Position numbers and translations under genes: made by a program. DNA of 64,000 nucleotides, taken from Natronospirales bacterium. GTDB lineage: Bacteria; Pseudomonadota; Gammaproteobacteria; Natronospirales; REEB76. Each line of letters opens with the position of its first letter. Within the stretch, counting starts at the first letter, position 1. Where the stretch lies: positions 2,862 through 66,861 of the forward strand of contig JAJYUH010000013.1 of NCBI GenBank assembly GCA_021792635.1. Direction: 5' to 3'. The notes under the pieces are model-generated. The model saw nothing but the letters and a program-made list of their open reading frames with translations. It made no database searches and was not told the DNA's origin. Positions 49,806-59,314 of this stretch are shown here, in pieces.

Positions 49806-51536
49806 ATGGGAAGAATCATCGCCGAACAAATGGTGGACATGATAGCGGATGCCGGTATCCGACGGGTGTACGGCGTCACCGGCGACAGCCTGAACCTCCT
49901 CAATGACGCCATCCGCCGCGACGGCCGCATCCAGTGGATTCATGTGCGCCACGAAGAGGCCGGCGCCTACGCCGCTATGGCGGAAGGCATTTTGGGCGGT
50001 TTCGGCTGTTGCGCCGGCAGTTCGGGACCGGGTCACGTACACCTCATCAACGGCTTGTATGACGCGCACCGCTGGGGCGCGCCGGTGCTGGCGCTGCCCT
50101 CCACCATCGAGCGGGACGAATACGGCATGCAATCGTTCCAGGAAACCGATCTGCGCATGTTCGACGGGTGCAGCCATTACAACCAGCTGGCGCAGATCCC
50201 GAAACAACTGCCGCGCATGCTGCAGCAGGCGATGCAGCATGCTCTGTCGCTGAAAGGCGTGGGTGTGTGCGGCTTTGGCGGTGACCTGCTGGATCAGCCG
50301 GTCGCGGAAGATGCCATTGTCTCGCCGGTTTACCGCCCGCAGACGCTGCTGCGCCCGATGGATGAAGAGCTCGACAAGCTTGCCAAATTGCTGAACAGCG
50401 CGGACAAGGTGGTGATCTACGGCGGCATCGGCTGTCGTGGTGCGCATGCCCAGGTCATGGCATTAGCCGGAAAACTCAAAGCGCCGGTTGGTTACACACT
50501 CAAAGGCAAGATGGATCTGGAATACGATAATGCTTTTGACACCGGCATGACCGGTTTCCTCGGCGGTGCCGCGGCCACCGACGCCATCCACGAATGCGAC
50601 GTGCTGCTGATGCTGGGTACCGATTTCCCCTGGAAGGATTTTCTGGTGACCAGGGCCAAGGTTGCGCAAATACTCGACCGCCCTGAACGCCTGGGACGCC
50701 GCGCACGCGTGGAACTGGGCCTATGCGGTGATATTGCACCGACACTCGATGCGCTGCTGCCAATGATCGAGCTGAAACGCGATGATAGTTTCCTAAAGGA
50801 TCGTCTGGCGGCACGCGCCAGGGACAAGGAACGCCTGCAAAAGCACGCCGCCGATCCGGGCAAGCACGGCTCTATCAGTCCCGAATATCTCGCCAGGCTG
50901 CTCGATAAGTACGCCGACAAGGATGCGATCTTTACCTCAGACACCGGCATGAGCACGGTATGGGCGGCGCGCTACCTGTGCGCCACCGGCCAGCGCACGC
51001 TGTTTGGATCGTATTCACACGGCTCCATGGCCAACGCCATGCCCCAGGCCATCGGTGCGGCCTTGGCCGGCGATGGTCGCCAGGTGATCGCCTGCTGCGG
51101 CGACGGCGGCATCTCCATGCTGCTTGGCGACATGATGACCGTGGCGCAATACCAGCTGCCGGTGAAATTGATTGTGTTCAACAATGGCTCGCTCGGCATG
51201 GTCGAGATCGAAATGCAGCTCGCGGGCATACCCGACAATCAGACTGATCTGCCGGACCCGAAATTTGCGCAGGTGGCTGAAGCCTGCGGCATCCGCGGTC
51301 TGCGCGTTGAGGACCCCGCCAAGCTGGATACCGCCATCCAGGACGCGCTCGCCTGCGCCGGCCCGGTGCTGGTGGACGTCACCACCAGTCACAATGCCGT
51401 GGGCATGCCGCCGCACACCACCCTGAAACAACTGCGCGCCTACACCGTCAGCCAGGCCAAGATGCTGTTCGATGGCCGCAGCCTCGAAGTCTTACGGCAC
51501 TTCAAGGAAAACCTGAAGTATCTTGGCGACCTCTGA
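49806..51536 (+). CDS. poxB: Thiamine-diphosphate-dependent pyruvate dehydrogenase (quinone) / pyruvate oxidase
   Basis: N-terminus ...RRVYGVTGDSLNLLNDAI..., TPP motif GDGGISMLLGDMMTVAQYQLPVKLIVFNNGSLG, 576 aa. GAGGAG RBS. Confidence 0.82.
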   Translation: MGRIIAEQMVDMIADAGIRRVYGVTGDSLNLLNDAIRRDGRIQWIHVRHEEAGAYAAMAEGILGGFGCCAGSSGPGHVHLINGLYDAHRWGAPVLALPSTIERDEYGMQSFQETDLRMFDGCSHYNQLAQIPKQLPRMLQQAMQHALSLKGVGVCGFGGDLLDQPVAEDAIVSPVYRPQTLLRPMDEELDKLAKLLNSADKVVIYGGIGCRGAHAQVMALAGKLKAPVGYTLKGKMDLEYDNAFDTGMTGFLGGAAATDAIHECDVLLMLGTDFPWKDFLVTRAKVAQILDRPERLGRRARVELGLCGDIAPTLDALLPMIELKRDDSFLKDRLAARARDKERLQKHAADPGKHGSISPEYLARLLDKYADKDAIFTSDTGMSTVWAARYLCATGQRTLFGSYSHGSMANAMPQAIGAALAGDGRQVIACCGDGGISMLLGDMMTVAQYQLPVKLIVFNNGSLGMVEIEMQLAGIPDNQTDLPDPKFAQVAEACGIRGLRVEDPAKLDTAIQDALACAGPVLVDVTTSHNAVGMPPHTTLKQLRAYTVSQAKMLFDGRSLEVLRHFKENLKYLGDL

Positions 51537-51543
51537 AATGTAA

Positions 51544-51563
51544 CGGCGGCCTCACGGCCGCCG
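51544..51563. terminator. GC hairpin between convergent poxB and icd
   Basis: CGGCGGCC-tcac-GGCCGCCG; 8-bp perfect stem but no clear U-tract. Confidence 0.4.
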
Positions 51564-51590
51564 CAAACATAACCAGGGTTACCACACCCG

Positions 51591-52832
<1,242 letters not shown>

Positions 52833-52895
52833 GGTTTTCCTCTGGAGCGAAGTTGGAATGTTCATGGATGCGGCCGCAGACGCGGCGCGCCGCGA

Positions 52896-53819
52896 TTATA
52901 CAGTAATGGGTTCGCAGGCCGGCCCCTGAAGAGCCAAGGTGCCGGAGCGGCCGGCCACCTCGCCCATGATCACCGTATGGATGGGCAGGGTCTTGCGGTC
53001 GAGGGTCGCCGCCACGGTCCGAGTGGCTACCAGTTCATATCCCTGGCTGCGCCAGCCCGCCAGCAGCTTCTCGAACACCGGGCTCAAGGCCATGCCCTCG
53101 AGCTCCGCATGCAGGGTGAACACCTGACCGTGGTCCGACGGCCGGTCCTGCGTAAGTTTTAACAGATGCTCCGCCACGTTCTCCACGGTGATGCCGTTGA
53201 TACCCACGAGCTCGTCGAGGGTCGGCAAGGTGGTGGGGAGTTGCGGCACCCGGAATGTCCGCCCGCCCATGGAAGGCAGGAACGGAAAGCTGCCGCGGGT
53301 ATCGCTGGCATAGTCGAAGCCGAACTGTTCTTGCAGTGCCAGCACATACTCATTGATCTGCCAACCGGCGGCACCGAAGGTTTTGGGCGCCGCACCGAAC
53401 ACTTCACCGAAACGCGCCACGGCTTTGCCGAATTCCCGCGCCGTCCAGTCCGCATCGCGCCGAGCCACGAAATCCTGCCAGCGGATGTGATCCCAGGTGT
53501 GAATGCCGACCTCAAATCCCGCGTCCCGCACCGCGCGCATGGCCGAGGCGCCCTTCACGCCGATGTCAGGTCCCGGAATCAGCGTGCCGTACATGAGGGT
53601 TTTCAGGCCGTAATTGCCGGCCACGTTGGTGCGGAAAACTTTCTTGAGGAACCCCGGACGGAATATCCGCCGCAGCGCCCGGCCGGTATTGTCCGGTCCG
53701 AGACTGAACAGGAACGTGGCCTGCGCCGCGTGTTTTTGTAAAACGGAAACCAGAGACGGCACGCCTTCCAGCGTGCCGCGCAGGGTGTCCACATCAATTT
53801 TTAGCGCAAGGAAATTCAT
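52896..53819 (-). CDS. arnD: ArnD-like 4-deoxy-4-formamido-L-arabinose-phosphoundecaprenol deformylase (polysaccharide deacetylase family), intact copy
   Basis: ORF 52896..53882. ATG 53819 gives MNFLALKIDVDTLRGTLEGVPSLVSVLQKHAAQATFLFSLGPDNTGR..., collinear over its whole length with E. coli ArnD as I remember it (GLRIDVDTFRGTREGVP...FFSVGPDNMGR). Confidence 0.78.
   Translation of the reverse strand: MNFLALKIDVDTLRGTLEGVPSLVSVLQKHAAQATFLFSLGPDNTGRALRRIFRPGFLKKVFRTNVAGNYGLKTLMYGTLIPGPDIGVKGASAMRAVRDAGFEVGIHTWDHIRWQDFVARRDADWTAREFGKAVARFGEVFGAAPKTFGAAGWQINEYVLALQEQFGFDYASDTRGSFPFLPSMGGRTFRVPQLPTTLPTLDELVGINGITVENVAEHLLKLTQDRPSDHGQVFTLHAELEGMALSPVFEKLLAGWRSQGYELVATRTVAATLDRKTLPIHTVIMGEVAGRSGTLALQGPACEPITV
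53764..53786. repeat. 23-nt core CCTTCCAGCGTGCCGCGCAGGGT, copy A (inside intact arnD)
   Basis: Exact string read on the plus strand; encodes TLRGTLEG on the minus strand. Confidence 0.9.
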
Positions 53820-53972
53820 AAAGCATCCATGGCCGCTGAAAATCAAGTGGGGTACAGCCGGTCGCTCATCCAGCGAATGCAAGAAGATCCGAAAACCCTT
53901 CCCTGGTTTTTTCAGGCTCGGCGCATTCCTGCACCGTGGATACTCTGAACCAATCAGGGTTTCCCGCGCAGG

Positions 53973-55139
53973 TCAGGTTTCCCGCAACGCCTGGGCCACG
54001 GGCAGGCGCGCGGCACGAAGGGCCGGGAACAGGCCGCCGATGAACCCCATGACGACGGCCAGCACCAGCGCGGTCACGATCAATCCCGGCGTAACCGCGA
54101 AATTGAACGCCACCAGCGCGCCATTGCCGAGCGTGCTGGCCTGATAACCATTGAAAACCAGGTAGGCAACCAGTACGCCGGCGCCTCCGCCGCATAAACC
54201 CAGTGCCACGCCTTCCAGCATCATTGCGCACAGAATGGGCAGGCGCGCAAATCCCAGCGCCCGCAGGGTGGCGATGTCCTGCATGCGGTTGGCGATGTTG
54301 GAATACAGGATGTTGATGGCACCGAATACCGCACCGATGGCCATGAGCAGCGTAATAATGCCGCCGATCAGGGTAATCACGGTACTCAGACCCCGAGCGG
54401 TTTGCCGGAAATTAGTGCTTTCCTGCACGGCGGTGATACTCAACCGGGGATTGTGCTCCAACGCCTGCTTGAAGGCCGGGAATGCTTCAGGCGAGGTGAG
54501 GCGCACATAGGCGTTGGCGTACTGGTTGATGGCGTTATAGGCCGCCTGCAATTGGCCCACATCGGTCCAGATCTCCGATTCGCGTATGCCGCCGCCATCG
54601 GCAAATATACCCACCACTTTCCAGGCATGATGATTCCAGTTGAAGGTGTCGCCCAGAGACAGGCCCTTGAACAGCCGTTCCGCTTTCCGGCCCACGATGA
54701 TCTCATCCAGGCCGGGCTTGAACAGGCGGCCCCGTACGATATGGAACTTGGGCCAAACGCCGGATATTCCCGCGCCCACACCGCGGAAATTCACGCTGCC
54801 GAGCAAGCCGCTGCTGCGCGTGGGAATCTGCGCGGACGCGATAAACGTTCCCATCACCAACGGGCCGTTGGCGCCCTGAGCCACGCCCGGAGCCTGGCCG
54901 ATCGCATGCAGCGCATTGTCGTCCAGAGGGCTGTTATTGCCGCCGACGATGGCCACATCGTTGGAGCCGGTATCCGCCATGACCGCACTGAAGCCCTGCT
55001 GGATGGACAGCACCGCCACAAATACCAGCACCACGCCGAAAAAGCCCGCCACGGCCACGGCGGAAGGCCGCAGCCGGCCGGGAAGTCCGCGAAAATTCCA
55101 TGCGCACACGACCAGGATTTGCTGCATGATGCCCCTCAT
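53973..55139 (-). CDS. ABC transporter permease, FtsX-type (second permease of operon 2)
   Basis: ORF 53973..55217. ATG 55139 lies 1 nt after the upstream stop. TM1, periplasmic domain, three C-terminal TMs. Confidence 0.8.
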   Translation of the reverse strand: MRGIMQQILVVCAWNFRGLPGRLRPSAVAVAGFFGVVLVFVAVLSIQQGFSAVMADTGSNDVAIVGGNNSPLDDNALHAIGQAPGVAQGANGPLVMGTFIASAQIPTRSSGLLGSVNFRGVGAGISGVWPKFHIVRGRLFKPGLDEIIVGRKAERLFKGLSLGDTFNWNHHAWKVVGIFADGGGIRESEIWTDVGQLQAAYNAINQYANAYVRLTSPEAFPAFKQALEHNPRLSITAVQESTNFRQTARGLSTVITLIGGIITLLMAIGAVFGAINILYSNIANRMQDIATLRALGFARLPILCAMMLEGVALGLCGGGAGVLVAYLVFNGYQASTLGNGALVAFNFAVTPGLIVTALVLAVVMGFIGGLFPALRAARLPVAQALRET

Positions 55140-55140
55140 G

Positions 55141-56298
55141 TCACGACTTCCGCAACGCTTCGGCGACGCGCAGACGCGTGATCCGCTGCACCGGCACCAG
55201 CCCCGCCAGTAAGGCAAAAACGATGCTCAGCAGAATCCCCAGGCCCGCGGCACCCCAGGTCAACGCGAAGGTCTGCAGAATATTCCCCACGCTGGGGTAA
55301 AGCAGCCGCGTCACCTCGTAGCCCAGGGCCAGCCCCAGCACTGCACCCGATACGATCAGTAACAGCGATTCCTGCAATACCAGGCGCGCCAGCCAGCCAC
55401 GCTCGAATCCCAACCCCCGGAGAATGGCAAACTCCGCGGTGCGCTCCTGCACGGATTGGGCCAGGGTGTTGCTGATGATCAACAACAGGCTGAAGAACAC
55501 TGCGATGCCCACGTAGATCACCATGGCGCTGACGTCACCGAACTGCCGGATATAGCTGATGGTCTCCGCCGCTTCCGACTGGGTCAGGGTCTGGGGGGAG
55601 GAATTCTTGAATAACCCGTCAATAGCACTCGCTATCGCGGTGGCGTCCCGTGGATCCGTTATGCGCTCGATATACTGAAACACAATGTTCTGGAGCCTCG
55701 GGTTGGCCACACCTTCGTTGAAGTATCGGTAATGGGCCACGAAAAAACTCTGGTAGGCCGCGGGCAGATCGGCGTGGTAAATGCCGTCCAGGTGGAAATA
55801 CCAGGTGGTACTGCCGTCCTTCTGCGGAACCTTGGACTGGATGGGGATGGTTTCACCCACCTTCCAACCCATGCGCCTGACCAGTGCCGGTCCGACGATG
55901 ACGCCCTGCCGGTCGGTGAGCCAAGCGTGCATCTGCGCGGGCGGCAGGGTGGCTTCCCGGTATACCTGAAGAAACGTCGGTGAAAATACCAGAACCTGCA
56001 AACGGTCCCTCGGATCCTTGAAGTAGCCCTGGAAACCGTTGAGATAGGTCACTGCCGTCACGCCAGGCACCGTGACGATCTTGTCGTAGTAGCTCACAGG
56101 CAGCGGGCTGCCCTGGGATATCTTGTTATTGGTCTCCAGCCGTTCCGCCACGGAAAACGTCAACTGTCCCAGCATGCCCTGACGCACCGCCGCCAGCACG
56201 CTGAACAATACGAACGCCACCACCACGGACAGGAAGGTAAACAGCGTGCGCGCCTTGCGGCGGCGCAGCGCACTCCAAACCAGGGTCGGGGTGTTCAT
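55141..56298 (-). CDS. ABC transporter permease, FtsX-type (first permease of operon 2)
   Basis: MNTPTLVWSALRRRKARTLFTFLSVVVAFVLFSVL...; FtsX-type topology. Start overlaps the ATPase stop (ATGA). Confidence 0.8.
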   Translation of the reverse strand: MNTPTLVWSALRRRKARTLFTFLSVVVAFVLFSVLAAVRQGMLGQLTFSVAERLETNNKISQGSPLPVSYYDKIVTVPGVTAVTYLNGFQGYFKDPRDRLQVLVFSPTFLQVYREATLPPAQMHAWLTDRQGVIVGPALVRRMGWKVGETIPIQSKVPQKDGSTTWYFHLDGIYHADLPAAYQSFFVAHYRYFNEGVANPRLQNIVFQYIERITDPRDATAIASAIDGLFKNSSPQTLTQSEAAETISYIRQFGDVSAMVIYVGIAVFFSLLLIISNTLAQSVQERTAEFAILRGLGFERGWLARLVLQESLLLIVSGAVLGLALGYEVTRLLYPSVGNILQTFALTWGAAGLGILLSIVFALLAGLVPVQRITRLRVAEALRKS

Positions 56299-57011
56299 GC
56301 TTCCGGTTTCTCGCCGAGCACGCCCTTGTTCATGTACAGCGTCCGCCGGGCTTTGGCGGCGGCATGCGGATCATGGGTCACCATGAGGATGGTCTTGCCG
56401 TGCTCCCGGTTGAGAAGTTGCAGCAGTTCCAGGATTTCATCCCCGGCGGTGCGGTCCAGGTCACCGGTGGGTTCGTCGCACAGCAACACCGTGGGATCGC
56501 TGACGATGGCGCGGGCAATGCCGACGCGCTGCTCCTGGCCGCCGGAAAGCTCGGTGGGTTTTTGTCCCGCGTGCGCCTCCATGCCGACGAGTGCCAGCGC
56601 CACCTGCGCGCGTTTTCTGCGTTCCGCCGCCTTGAACCGGGTCAACATCAACGGCAACTCCACGTTCTGCGCCGCGGTCAGCAACGGCAACAGATGATAG
56701 GTTTGGAACACAAAGCCGATATGGCGTGCGCGCCAGGCGGACAAGGCGCGTTCGCTCAACCGGTGGATGGGTTGCCCGCCCACCAAGACTTCACCCGCGC
56801 TCGGCCGATCCAGACCGCCCAGAATATTCATGAGCGTGGTCTTGCCGGAGCCCGAGGGTCCCATCAGGGCAAGAAAATCGCCGCGCGGCACCTCCAGATC
56901 GAGGCGCTTCAGCACCTCGACAGTTTCAGACCCGCGCTGGTAGAGCTTGGTAACGCCCCGCAGGCTCACCAACGCCCGGTTCTGAGAATCTGCCGCAATC
57001 ACACTGGCCAT
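56295..57011 (-). CDS. ABC transporter ATP-binding protein
   Basis: Walker A GPSGSGKTT, signature LSGGQEQRVGIARAI, Walker B LLCDEPTGDLD, H-loop VTHD. Confidence 0.9.
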   Translation of the reverse strand: MASVIAADSQNRALVSLRGVTKLYQRGSETVEVLKRLDLEVPRGDFLALMGPSGSGKTTLMNILGGLDRPSAGEVLVGGQPIHRLSERALSAWRARHIGFVFQTYHLLPLLTAAQNVELPLMLTRFKAAERRKRAQVALALVGMEAHAGQKPTELSGGQEQRVGIARAIVSDPTVLLCDEPTGDLDRTAGDEILELLQLLNREHGKTILMVTHDPHAAAKARRTLYMNKGVLGEKPEA

Positions 57012-57062
57012 GGAAACTCCTTCAAAGTACTACATGAGGCATTATCGCGATCCGGATCGCTG

Positions 57063-58295
57063 TCACGACCCCGTTCCCTGCGTGCGCACCGCTTCCCCTG
57101 CCCGCAGCCGTGCGTGCGTGGATAGTATCAATTGCTCGCCGCCGCTCAGGCCGGACAGCACCCTGACCTGGCCTTGGGTCGCCGGCACGGTATGGACGGG
57201 CTGCCGTTGGATATGCCCGGCCACCACCAAGAATACATATTGGCTGCCACGACTACCATACACCGCACTCTCCGGGATCCGGATGCGGGCGATACGCGGT
57301 TCGGAGTGCCCGCCGGGTGTGGCGTAAAACCACGCCTGCACCCCCATCTGCGGCAGGATGCGGGGATCGAGCTTGTCAAAGGCGATGCGCACCTTGACGG
57401 TGGCTTTCTCCTTGTTGGCCGTGGGCACCACACTGATGACATGGGCCGGGATGCGCCAGTCGGGATAGGCGTCCAATACCGCCATCACCGGCTGGCCCGC
57501 ATGCACGCGCTGGATATAGGCCTCGTTCACGTCCACGTCGAGTTCAAGCGAGCGCATGTCCACCAGCATGCAGATGCCGGTTTTGGTGAAGCCGCCCACG
57601 GCGGCGGGCGAGATCATCTCGCCCGGATGGGCGTACTTCTCCGTGACCATCCCCGAGAACGGTGCACGGATCACTGTGTAACCCAGCTCGATGCGGCTGA
57701 GCCGGAGATTATTCTCATCCACGCGCACCCGGCCGCGGGCATGGGCGATATTCGCCGCATCCATGTTCACCGACGCCTCGGCATTGTCGAGATCCGCGCG
57801 GCTGAGCAATCCCTGTTTCACCAGCGTGCGCGTGCGCGCGAGCGTCTTCTCATCCCGGAGCCACTGCGCCTGAAATTGCGCCACGGACGCGCGATCCGCC
57901 TGAACTTGGCTGGCCGCCACCGCCACATCCGCCCGCGCGGCGCTGTCATCCAGCCGCGCCAGCACCTGGCCTTTCCGGACGTGCATGCCTTCCTGCGCAT
58001 ACACCGCGCGAATCATGCCGGTAATTTGCGAGGATACCGTGGCCTGCTGTTCCGCCACCACGTAGCCCGAGGCGTTCAGCACGTTATCGCCCGCCGCCCC
58101 CCCCGCCGGCGCCGTTACTACCAGCGTCCGCACCCGCACCGGCCGGGAGTGATAAATCCACCAGCCAGCGACAACCATGATGGCAACCACAGCGGCGCCA
58201 ATCACTGCCGCGATCCAACCGCGCCTCCCGCGGGCGGGTTGCGGCTCGTCGTCGCGATCAATCTTGAGGGAATTCACCGCGTCATTCTTGTCCAT
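57063..58295 (-). CDS. Efflux periplasmic adaptor (HlyD/MFP family)
   Basis: ORF 57063..58310 (TTG); ATG 58295 gives MDKNDAVNSLKIDRDDE... Membrane anchor, coiled-coil (ADVAVAASQVQADRASVAQFQAQ...), beta-barrel. Confidence 0.82.
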   Translation of the reverse strand: MDKNDAVNSLKIDRDDEPQPARGRRGWIAAVIGAAVVAIMVVAGWWIYHSRPVRVRTLVVTAPAGGAAGDNVLNASGYVVAEQQATVSSQITGMIRAVYAQEGMHVRKGQVLARLDDSAARADVAVAASQVQADRASVAQFQAQWLRDEKTLARTRTLVKQGLLSRADLDNAEASVNMDAANIAHARGRVRVDENNLRLSRIELGYTVIRAPFSGMVTEKYAHPGEMISPAAVGGFTKTGICMLVDMRSLELDVDVNEAYIQRVHAGQPVMAVLDAYPDWRIPAHVISVVPTANKEKATVKVRIAFDKLDPRILPQMGVQAWFYATPGGHSEPRIARIRIPESAVYGSRGSQYVFLVVAGHIQRQPVHTVPATQGQVRVLSGLSGGEQLILSTHARLRAGEAVRTQGTGS

Positions 58296-58486
58296 GACGG
58301 TACCTTGCAATTGAAAATCCTATTGCCGGGGAAAGCATAGTACGCACATTCCTGCTGCCGGGGGCTTGAAATACCGATAAAAGCGCAATTTTCACAAACA
58401 AGCCATGCAGATTTTTGCGATCCGTCCGGCAATCAGCATCTGGGCTGCTCCGTCCCGCCCAGGAGCGGGAGGCAGTCGCCGCATCG

Positions 58487-58644
58487 CCGGTATTGTCCGG
58501 CCTGAGGCTGAACAGGAACGTGGTCTGCACACTGTGCTTTTGCAGCACATCCACAAGCGGCGGTACGCCTTCCAGCGTGCCGCGCAGGGTATCCACGTCA
58601 ACTTTGAGAGCGAGTTGCGGGGGTGCGGAGGGAGCGGCGGTCAT
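58487..58644 (-). pseudogene. Displaced 5-prime fragment of an arnD-like gene (copy B)
   Basis: Reads MTAAPSAPPQLALKVDVDTLRGTLEGVPPLVDVLQKHSVQTTFLFSLRPDNTG, then loses collinearity with ArnD. Weak out-of-frame similarity (QMLIAGRIA vs GTLIPGPDIG) may continue to about 58417. By eye about 80 percent nt identity to 53684-53810. Its ATG overlaps the toxin stop (ATGA). Track ORF 58282..58662 runs on into the adaptor start. Confidence 0.7.
58568..58590. repeat. 23-nt core, copy B
   Basis: Identical 23-mer on the plus strand. Confidence 0.9.
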
Positions 58645-58934
58645 GACCAACGGCCTTTCCAATACTCGGGGCGCCGATGCTGGTGGGCGACGGCCACGAT
58701 CAAAATTTCACCCTTGCGGACCTCGTAAATCAACCCAAAGGGAAAACGTCTCAAGCGGCACACTCGCGTGCGCCGGCTCAATGGGTGCCAGGCATGCGGA
58801 TAACGCTGAATGCGGCTGAGCGCGGCGCGGGTTTCCTGTTCGAAAATTTCACCCAGTCCGGTGAGCTGCTCTTCGTAATAAGCGACCGCTTCCGCCAAAT
58901 CGCTAACTGCCGCTTCGAGAAATCGCAGCTTCAT
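58641..58934 (-). CDS. Type II toxin, RelE/ParE family
   Basis: 97 aa; MKLRFLEAAVSDLAEAVAYYEEQ...RRFPFGLIYEVRKGEILIVAVAHQHRRPEYW, the typical ParE/RelE plasmid-stabilisation pattern. Lies 2 nt downstream of the antitoxin gene. Confidence 0.8.
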   Translation of the reverse strand: MKLRFLEAAVSDLAEAVAYYEEQLTGLGEIFEQETRAALSRIQRYPHAWHPLSRRTRVCRLRRFPFGLIYEVRKGEILIVAVAHQHRRPEYWKGRWS

Positions 58935-58936
58935 CC

Positions 58937-59176
58937 CTAATTCTTGTTCTTGTGTAACTTGGTAAGTGCCTGGTCGGCTTCAATGGCCCGCATCTCTCCC
59001 TGATCAAAGGCCGCCAGCCGCCGCTCGGCTTCCTCGGCCCACTGCGCCTGAATGGCTTCATCCGGCTCGTCAAGACTCGACAACAGTTCATCCACCAACC
59101 TGGCCCGTTCGGCGGGTGGCAGGCGCCTGGCCTGCTCCAATAAAATCCGCGTTTGTTCAGTCATGGCGTTCTCCAT
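58937..59176 (-). CDS. Type II antitoxin (addiction-module component family)
   Basis: 79 aa; ...RLPPAERARLVDELLSSLDEPDEAIQAQWAEEAERRLAAFDQGEM..., the pattern I associate with antitoxins partnered with ParE/RelE toxins. Alternative start ATG 59164. Confidence 0.7.
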   Translation of the reverse strand: MENAMTEQTRILLEQARRLPPAERARLVDELLSSLDEPDEAIQAQWAEEAERRLAAFDQGEMRAIEADQALTKLHKNKN

Positions 59177-59246
59177 TCAACGAATGCCAACACCCATGGC
59201 GCCCAAGCATACCGCAAGAATGACATTGCCCGCTGGTCGCCGGGCC

Positions 59247-59314
59247 AGCGCCAGCACCCCTTCCAGCGTGCCGCGCAGGGTGCCCACATCTATTTTTAGG
59301 GCAAGTTGTTTCAA
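59247..59314 (-). pseudogene. Displaced extreme 5-prime fragment of an arnD-like gene (copy C)
   Basis: TTG AAA CAA CTT GCC CTA AAA ATA GAT GTG GGC ACC CTG CGC GGC ACG CTG GAA GGG GTG = LKQLALKIDVGTLRGTLEGV. It aligns codon-for-codon with the start of intact arnD, and similarity stops right after the shared 23-nt core. TTG overlaps the stop of the upstream GAF-membrane gene (TTGA). The remnant ORF stop abuts the antitoxin ATG (TGAATG). Confidence 0.65.
59259..59281. repeat. 23-nt core, copy C
   Basis: Identical 23-mer on the plus strand. Confidence 0.9.

Noticed and set aside
58282-58662. 126-aa ORF annotated in the track as a possible gene
   Set aside because: Only its first ~50 codons resemble ArnD. 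The rest is out-of-frame read-through that overlaps the adaptor gene start. It is treated as a pseudogene fragment (arnD copy B).
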